Positions 57,590-64,000 of a stretch of 64,000 nucleotides of DNA are shown here, piece after piece; the stretch's first letter is position 1; each line of letters begins with the position of its first letter. A model generated the notes under the pieces. It was not told where the DNA came from and made no database searches. It worked only from the letters and a program-made list of their open reading frames with translations. The DNA is from an uncultured Chloroflexota bacterium. GTDB lineage: Bacteria; Chloroflexota; Anaerolineae; Anaerolineales; Anaerolineaceae. The stretch is from the NCBI GenBank assembly GCA_902786265.1, contig CADACE010000025.1:4950-68949 (forward strand), given 5' to 3'. A program made the position numbers and the translations under genes.

Positions 57590-59002
57590 ATGAATGAAAA
57601 TAAAAACTCTTACGATGATCTCGGCCTGAATAATGAGGCGTATGCCTTTCAGGATCCGGATGTATCGGTTTTCAAGACAAAAGAAGGCCTGGATGAAGAA
57701 GTAGTCCGCCAGATTTCCGCCATGAAGGGCGAGCCGGAATGGATGCTGAATTACCGTCTCAAGAGCCTTGAACATTTCCAAAAACGTCCGATGCCGGACT
57801 GGGGTCCGGATGTTTCCAATCTTGACCTGGACCATCTGGTTTACTACGTCCGTCCTTCGGAAAAATCCGAAAAAAGCTGGGATGACGTCCCGGAGACGAT
57901 CAAAAATACCTTTGACAAGCTGGGAATTCCGGAAGCAGAACAGAAGTTTCTGGCCGGTGTCGGTGCACAGTATGAATCGGAAATGGTCTACCATTCCATT
58001 CAGGAACAGCTGGAAAAGCAGGGCGTGATCTTTGTCAGCATTGAAGACGGTCTGCGGCTCTATCCGGAATTGTTCCGTGAGTATTTCGGGACGGTCGTGC
58101 CTTATAACGACAACAAATTCGCGGCGCTGAACGGCGCGGTCTGGTCCGGCGGGTCATTCGTATATGTACCGAAGGGCGTCCATGTGGAGCTGCCGCTGCA
58201 GGCGTATTTCCGCATGAATATGGCGAATGTCGGACAGTTTGAGCGTTCGCTCATCATTGCCGATGAAGGATCCCAGGTCCATTATGTGGAAGGCTGTACC
58301 GCACCGCAGTACACGACAAACTCCTTCCATTCCGGTGTGATCGAGATCGTCGTCAAACGCGGAGCGCGGGTGCGCTATTCGACCATTCAGAACTGGTCCA
58401 CCAATGTCTATAATCTCGTGACTCAGCGTGCCAAGGTATTTGCCAACGGCACGATGGAATGGGTCGATTCCAACCTGGGCTCCCATGTAACCATGAAATA
58501 TCCGGCCTGCTACCTGATGGAAGAAGGCGCCCATGGGGAAATGCTTTCCATGGCATTTGCCGGACGCAATCAGATCCAGGATGCGGGTTCCAAGATGGTC
58601 CACTTTGCCCCGAATACCACCAGCAAGGTGACCTCGAAATCTATCTCGAAAAACGGCGGGCGTTCTTCCTTCCGCGGTTTGGTGAAAGTCATGCCCGGCG
58701 CTGTAAACGCGAAAGTCAATGTCGTCTGTGACGCGCTGATCCTTGACCCGATCTCCCAGTCCGATACCTATCCGACCATGGATGTGAAGCAGAAGAATGT
58801 CTCGATCGGGCATGAAGCTTCGGTTTCCAAGGTTGGGGAAGAGCAGCTTTTTTATCTGATGAGCCGCGGGCTGAGTGAAGAGGACGCGACTTCCATGGTC
58901 GTTTCCGGCTTTATTGAACCGCTGGTCAAGGAACTGCCGATGGAATACGCGGTGGAAATGAACCGCCTCATCCAGCTGCAGATGTCGGATTCGATAGGAT
59001 AA
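57590..59002 (+). CDS. sufB: Fe-S assembly protein SufB
   Basis: [37 protein letters not shown]. Confidence 0.96.
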   Translation: MNENKNSYDDLGLNNEAYAFQDPDVSVFKTKEGLDEEVVRQISAMKGEPEWMLNYRLKSLEHFQKRPMPDWGPDVSNLDLDHLVYYVRPSEKSEKSWDDVPETIKNTFDKLGIPEAEQKFLAGVGAQYESEMVYHSIQEQLEKQGVIFVSIEDGLRLYPELFREYFGTVVPYNDNKFAALNGAVWSGGSFVYVPKGVHVELPLQAYFRMNMANVGQFERSLIIADEGSQVHYVEGCTAPQYTTNSFHSGVIEIVVKRGARVRYSTIQNWSTNVYNLVTQRAKVFANGTMEWVDSNLGSHVTMKYPACYLMEEGAHGEMLSMAFAGRNQIQDAGSKMVHFAPNTTSKVTSKSISKNGGRSSFRGLVKVMPGAVNAKVNVVCDALILDPISQSDTYPTMDVKQKNVSIGHEASVSKVGEEQLFYLMSRGLSEEDATSMVVSGFIEPLVKELPMEYAVEMNRLIQLQMSDSIG

Positions 59003-59012
59003 GGAGGAGAAA

Positions 59013-60176
59013 ATGGCAAAAATCGATCAGACCCTTTCCGCACTCCTTGAGAGTTCTCTTGAAAACATAACAAATCGCACCTCGCAGCCTGTGGAAATTC
59101 TCGGCAAAGAGAAACACGTCGACGACCTCTGCGCTCACTTTGTCTGGAACAACGGGCAGCAGTCTGTGTTCCTGTGCCCGAAAGCGGTCGAAAAGGGCGC
59201 TGTTTTTTCCGATGTTGAAGAAGCTTTGAAAAATCATCCGGAATTGGCGGAAAAACTTGAAACCTTAACAAAAAATGATGCGGATGATGTCTATTCTCAA
59301 CAAATCGCGCCGCTGGCGGAAGACAGTATTGTGCTCTTTATCCCGCGTAAGATGTGCCAGAAGCGTGAGTTTCTGCTGGATGTGGAGCTTTCCGACCCTG
59401 AACGGGCTGCTCTGATGAAGGTTTTCGTGATCATCGATGACGACGCCTCCGCGGTAGTGACCCTGAATATGCATTCACGCGGGACGAACAATACCAATCT
59501 CTTCGTCGGACAGTTTTACTGTTCCGTCGGGAAAAATGCCCATCTGGTGCTCAACGAAGTCCAGGATTTCGGCGGGCAGACCGTTTGTGTGCGGCGGAAA
59601 CAGACCATCGTTCAGGATGGCAGTGATTTTCACTGGAATATCTGCGAACTGGGCGGGACAAAGAGCTATGACAGCCTTGACGTATGCCTGAACGGAGAGA
59701 ATTCTTCCGCGATCGTTTACGGGCTGTATTTCCCCGTGAAAGATCAGCAGATGCATATTGAGACCCGGCAGGATCATCTGGTTCCCCATACCTATTCCAA
59801 CCTGTATTACAAGGGCGCTCTGGCAGACAAAGCCAAAGCCAGCTGGGAAGGGATGATCTATGTGGACCCGAAAGCGACGAAAACTGACGGATATCAGAAG
59901 AATGAAAATCTGATGCTTTCGGATGACGCGGAAGTCTTCGCCAAACCGGGCCTGGAGATCATCATGGATGATGTCAAATGCTCCCATGGGACCACCATCA
60001 CCAACATTGATGATGACCAGATCTTTTACCTGACCAGCCGCGGCATCCCGGAGAGGGAAGCTGAAAAGCTGGTGATCCGGGGGTTTTTTGATACGATTCT
60101 TAATCTTGTCACGTATTCGCCGATCCGTGGGAAGCTGCAGAACAAAATTGATTCCAAAATGCAGGAAGGAGAATAA
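59013..60176 (+). CDS. sufD: Fe-S assembly protein SufD
   Basis: PGLEI..DDVKCSHG, FYLTSRGI. Confidence 0.92.
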   Translation: MAKIDQTLSALLESSLENITNRTSQPVEILGKEKHVDDLCAHFVWNNGQQSVFLCPKAVEKGAVFSDVEEALKNHPELAEKLETLTKNDADDVYSQQIAPLAEDSIVLFIPRKMCQKREFLLDVELSDPERAALMKVFVIIDDDASAVVTLNMHSRGTNNTNLFVGQFYCSVGKNAHLVLNEVQDFGGQTVCVRRKQTIVQDGSDFHWNICELGGTKSYDSLDVCLNGENSSAIVYGLYFPVKDQQMHIETRQDHLVPHTYSNLYYKGALADKAKASWEGMIYVDPKATKTDGYQKNENLMLSDDAEVFAKPGLEIIMDDVKCSHGTTITNIDDDQIFYLTSRGIPEREAEKLVIRGFFDTILNLVTYSPIRGKLQNKIDSKMQEGE

Positions 60177-60178
60177 AT

Positions 60179-60445
60179 ATGGCTCATTCCACTCCACCCC
60201 TGAAAGCTACTGACTGGGGACAGCAGTATGAAGTTGGTGATATTGTCGAAGTAAACTGTGATTATGAACGGAAGGGTGAACGCCGTCATGGCTGGATCCG
60301 GGGGATCGTTGTACAGGTCGATCCGAAGATGATCGCTGTGCAGTTCCGTGCCAACGTGTATCTGACGGATGGCTGGATGGTTCCGGATCATATTCTGTGG
60401 TATCCGCTGACTTCGCCTTTTGTCCGGCCGAATACGAGAGGTTGA
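60179..60445 (+). CDS. Hypothetical 88-aa protein within suf operon (SH3/KOW-like inferred)
   Basis: RBS GGAGA; fills the sufD-sufS gap; YEVGDIVEV...WIRGIVVQV. Confidence 0.75.
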   Translation: MAHSTPPLKATDWGQQYEVGDIVEVNCDYERKGERRHGWIRGIVVQVDPKMIAVQFRANVYLTDGWMVPDHILWYPLTSPFVRPNTRG

Positions 60446-60451
60446 TCCGGC

Positions 60452-61678
60452 ATGTTGGATGGTTCTGTTATTCTGAAAGATTTTCCGCTTCTGCAGCAGA
60501 CAGGTGCGGATGGCCGGCGTATCTGCTACCTGGATTCCGGTGCGACCAGCCAAAAGCCAAAGGCTGTTATCGACGCGGTGACAGATTATTATGAACATTT
60601 CAACGCCAATGTGCACCGCGGGATTTATGAGATTTCCGAGCGGGCTACGGAGGCGACGGAAGTGACCCGCAAAAAGGTCCGCGATTTTGTCCATGCCGCC
60701 TCAACTTCTGAGATCATTTTTACCCGTAACGCCACAGAGGCCGTGAACCTTGTCGCCCGGACCTGGGGTGAAGCGAACCTGAAAGCCGGTGATACGGTGA
60801 TCCTCAGTGAGATGGAGCACCATTCCAATCTGGTTCCCTGGTATATGCTCGCGGAAAAGATCGGCATCCGGGTGGAATTTGTGCCCGTAACGGATGAATT
60901 CCGGCTGGATCTGGATACGTACCGCAGCCTTTTGAAGAACACGAACGCGAAGCTGGTTTCGATCACCGGTATGTCCAATGTCCTCGGCACCATCCCGCCG
61001 GTCAAAGAGATGGCGCGGGATGCCCATGCCGCGGGTGCTCTGTTCCTGATGGATGGCGCGCAGTCTGTGCCGCATATGCCGGTCGACGTTCAGGATCTGG
61101 ATGTCGATTTCGCTGTTTTTTCCGCACACAAAATGCTCGGTCCGACGGGTCTCGGTGTGTTATATGGCAAAAAGGCTTTGCTGAACGCCATGCCGCCTTT
61201 CCTGGGCGGCGGTGATATGATCGGCAAGGTCCATCTGGGATCATTTACCTGCAACGAACTGCCCTATAAATTTGAGGCCGGTACGCCTTCGATCGCTGAA
61301 GAAGTGAGCTTCGGCGCCGCTGTTGATTACCTGAACGCGCTGGGAATGGAGAATGTCTTCGCGGAGGAACAGCGTCTGACCGATCTTGCCATTGCCCGCT
61401 TGTCGGAGATCCCCGGACTGAAGATTTTCGGTCCGCGTGATGGAGATCGGGGCAGCGCGGTGAGCTTTACGCTGGATTATGTCCATCCGCATGATACCGC
61501 GGATATCCTCGGTTCCCGGAATGTCTGCGTCCGTGCCGGACATCATTGTGCCATGCCGCTGCATGAACGCTTTAACGTTCCCGCGACAACGCGCGCGAGT
61601 TTTTATATCTATAACACCGAAGAAGACATCGACCGCCTTTGCGAAGCGCTGATGTATGTGTATAAGTTATTCGGATGA
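60452..61678 (+). CDS. sufS: Cysteine desulfurase SufS
   Basis: YLDSGATSQKP, EHHSN, SAHKMLGP, EAGTP, RAGHHCA. Confidence 0.96.
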   Translation: MLDGSVILKDFPLLQQTGADGRRICYLDSGATSQKPKAVIDAVTDYYEHFNANVHRGIYEISERATEATEVTRKKVRDFVHAASTSEIIFTRNATEAVNLVARTWGEANLKAGDTVILSEMEHHSNLVPWYMLAEKIGIRVEFVPVTDEFRLDLDTYRSLLKNTNAKLVSITGMSNVLGTIPPVKEMARDAHAAGALFLMDGAQSVPHMPVDVQDLDVDFAVFSAHKMLGPTGLGVLYGKKALLNAMPPFLGGGDMIGKVHLGSFTCNELPYKFEAGTPSIAEEVSFGAAVDYLNALGMENVFAEEQRLTDLAIARLSEIPGLKIFGPRDGDRGSAVSFTLDYVHPHDTADILGSRNVCVRAGHHCAMPLHERFNVPATTRASFYIYNTEEDIDRLCEALMYVYKLFG

Positions 61679-61679
61679 G

Positions 61680-61793
61680 AAAATGAAGATGTAAGAAGAA
61701 AGAATGAAGAAAAAGATATATTAATGTCAGCAGTAATTTTAGTGGAAACTGTGTGATGTATTTCTTCATTCTTCATTCATAATTCTTCATTTT
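61680..61793. repeat. Long imperfect inverted repeat of AATGAAG-type units between sufS and sufU
   Basis: aaaatgaagatgtaagaagaaagaatgaagaaa (61680-61712) pairs with tttcttcattcttcattcataattcttcatttt (61761-61793). Confidence 0.7.
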
Positions 61794-61809
61794 AGAGCCG
61801 GAGGTATTT

Positions 61810-62208
61810 ATGGACGATATGTACCGCGAACTGATCATTGAGCATTACAAAAACCCGACTTACCGCGGGAAGCTGGATCCCTGTGACCACAGCTATGAGG
61901 ATGAAAATCCTTCCTGCGGCGATGAACTGCGGATCATGCTCAATGTGGATGAGAATAATGTCATTACCGATGCCCGCTTTGAAGGTCATGGCTGCGCGAT
62001 TTCCCAGGCTTCTGCCGATCTGCTCCTGGAAGAAGTGATCGGGAAGAACGTGGATGAAGTCAAGAACATGACAAAAGAAGATGTGCTCGACCTGCTCGGG
62101 TTGGAAACGCTCGGCCCTGCGCGAATTAAATGCGCAATGCTCTCGCTCAAATGTCTCAAAGCCGGCCTCTACGGTGTGGAAGGCCATGCCTGGGAAGATA
62201 TTATTTAG
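61810..62208 (+). CDS. sufU: SufU/NifU-like Fe-S scaffold or sulfur-transfer protein
   Basis: NPSCGD, GHGCAISQAS, RIKCA. Confidence 0.93.
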   Translation: MDDMYRELIIEHYKNPTYRGKLDPCDHSYEDENPSCGDELRIMLNVDENNVITDARFEGHGCAISQASADLLLEEVIGKNVDEVKNMTKEDVLDLLGLETLGPARIKCAMLSLKCLKAGLYGVEGHAWEDII

Positions 62209-62235
62209 TTATAACGTAACTGTTCAGAACTTGTT

Positions 62236-62288
62236 CGGGGACGGTTCTTCCGGGGCGCTTGCGCCGGGGAGAACTGTCCTCCCGTTTT
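62236..62288 (+). terminator. GC-rich hairpin/terminator after suf operon (REP-like)
   Basis: cggggacggttcttccgg...ggggagaactgtcctcccg followed by tttt. Confidence 0.6.
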
Positions 62289-62352
62289 CGCAGGATGATC
62301 GTTGATCGTTGGCAGGTTCTGAATCGATACACTGAAATAAGATTTTTGATTT

Positions 62353-63375
62353 ATGTCAGCTGATAAATCAATACAACATATCAAAACAATACGGGAGTCG
62401 AATTTTCGTCTCCTTCATCTTTTCAGCCTGTATCTGAACGAGCGGGCTGATTTTATTTCCGCGGAGATGGTGAAGGAAATCGCCGGGATCGGCGGATTCA
62501 GTGAAGAAGAGGCTTTCCTGATCCTTTTTGCGGAGGCCTGCGGTGTCCATCCGACGGATGGCGGCGCGGACAGAGACTTCTTCAGCGATTATCTCGCTCC
62601 GTCGGTCCGCTGCATGGATGCGGATGTGTACAGAAATGATCCCTATTACCGGAATATCCGTTTTGATAATGTGTGTGACGGGAACTGGGAGCTGCGCACG
62701 GACCGGCTGAAACCGTTTCAGCCTTTCATCTGGGGCGATGTTCGACCGGATGAACAGCTGCGCGAGCTGCCGCCGCTTGGATATTTCAAAGAAGAATTCC
62801 CCTATCCGGTGGTCCTTGAAGACGGTCGGGAATGGATGCTCGTAACTCCCAACGAAGTGGAGACGATCCGTCCGGCAATTGCTGCGGCGCACGGAGACGT
62901 GGTGACTTTCGGGCTGGGACTCGGGTATTTCCCGTACATGGTGTCTGAAAAACCGGATGTGAACCGGGTCGTTATCGTGGAGCGGGATCCGAAAGTGATC
63001 GGTTTGTTTGAAAAGTACATCCTGCCGCAATTCGGCAGACGTGAAAAGATCCGCCTTGTCTGCATGGACGCCTTTGATTATCTGGATACGGTCATGCCGC
63101 TGGAGCATTTTGATTACCTTTACGCGGATATCTGGCATGATGCCGGGGACGGCGTCCCGCTTTACCTGCGGTTTAATAAATATGAAGACCGTTTTCCTGA
63201 GATAAAATTCGATTACTGGATCGAGGAAACGATGCTTTCCTATCTTCGCTGGTATGATTTTGACCGGATGCCGGATGATGTCCGGGATCCTTACCGCTGG
63301 CTGGACAACGCAAATACCAAACAGCGCGCGAAGCTGCTGGATGCCGAAAAATATTTGGCATACACGCGTCAGTGA
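62353..63375 (+). CDS. Class I SAM-binding protein (spermidine-synthase/methyltransferase-like)
   Basis: EWMLVTPNE, TFGLGLGY, VIVERD, MDAF, YADIW. Confidence 0.75.
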   Translation: MSADKSIQHIKTIRESNFRLLHLFSLYLNERADFISAEMVKEIAGIGGFSEEEAFLILFAEACGVHPTDGGADRDFFSDYLAPSVRCMDADVYRNDPYYRNIRFDNVCDGNWELRTDRLKPFQPFIWGDVRPDEQLRELPPLGYFKEEFPYPVVLEDGREWMLVTPNEVETIRPAIAAAHGDVVTFGLGLGYFPYMVSEKPDVNRVVIVERDPKVIGLFEKYILPQFGRREKIRLVCMDAFDYLDTVMPLEHFDYLYADIWHDAGDGVPLYLRFNKYEDRFPEIKFDYWIEETMLSYLRWYDFDRMPDDVRDPYRWLDNANTKQRAKLLDAEKYLAYTRQ

Positions 63376-64000
63376 CAAGGGCCGGCGTGAATGCAGCTGC
63401 GAAGCCGGTGTCAGTTGATGTGCTTACTGACCATTGGTTACCCTCTGCCCCATATCTGCTTTGAAAGGAGCAGGTTTTACCGGTTTGATTCAGAGCAGGT
63501 GCCTCAACCCCATATTTAACAGATATCTTTCTTCAGCGTCTTTTAGGCAGCTCATCAGCGTATTCACATTTGTGATATAACCGGTATCTCTGCATTTCCA
63601 ACTATAGCAAAATCGCAGGATCATTTTCAATTGCATCATATGTTGATTTTATCTGACCAAATCCTGCGGAAGAGAGAACATAAAAACCGGGGCGCCGGGG
63701 CAGCGGGCGGCTTTAGCCGGCCCGCGCCCCGGCAAAGAAAAAAAAGGCGCGGGCTGTTACTTCGGCAGGCATCTGATGCTCATTCCGCGCCTGCTTCGCA
63801 GCAGCATTCCCTTTGGGAAGGCTTAAGTATTATTAATTCCTTCGAGTATTTCAGTGTGATTTTATCTGATATAATTTGGTATACTTCCTGAAAGATATCG
63901 TATCTTTACTTATGCCGTTTATCCTGATATACTTAAAGAGATCACAAAATTACACCGGAAAGGATGGCTGATTATGCGTAAAATTGCATGCGAACGGGGT

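Noticed and set aside
63974-64000. Start of a CDS at the window edge (MRKIACERG)
   Set aside because: Only nine codons visible; cannot be supported or assigned

Overview
Chromosomal window, mostly + strand, of a probable Anaerolineae (Chloroflexota, Flexilinea-like) bacterium. The taxon is inferred from the Pro/Thr-rich lipoproteins, NBR1-Ig lipoprotein, alpha2-type GlyRS and TIGR03663-type GT-C/NHL protein. The housekeeping backbone is argD, tldD/tldE, glyQS, uvrB, rseP, mnmA, pth, mfd, rnd, comM/yifB, cdd, recO, an mntR-like gene and sufC-sufB-sufD-orf-sufS-sufU. Accessory blocks are: (1) an RNA-modification operon with a divergent TGT, two tandem Rmt/ArmA-family m7G methyltransferases and RsmF, interrupted by a toxin-antitoxin relic; (2) a six-gene operon of secreted orphan proteins from two paralogous families behind a consensus promoter with a palindromic operator; (3) a surface-glycosylation locus with GT2, oxidoreductase, DegT and three paralogous DUF6056-like GT-C proteins; (4) a Xer-like protein lacking most catalytic residues, next to a weak dif-like sequence. 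No rRNA, tRNA, CRISPR array, IS or prophage was recognised. All family assignments come from motif recognition by eye, not database searches.
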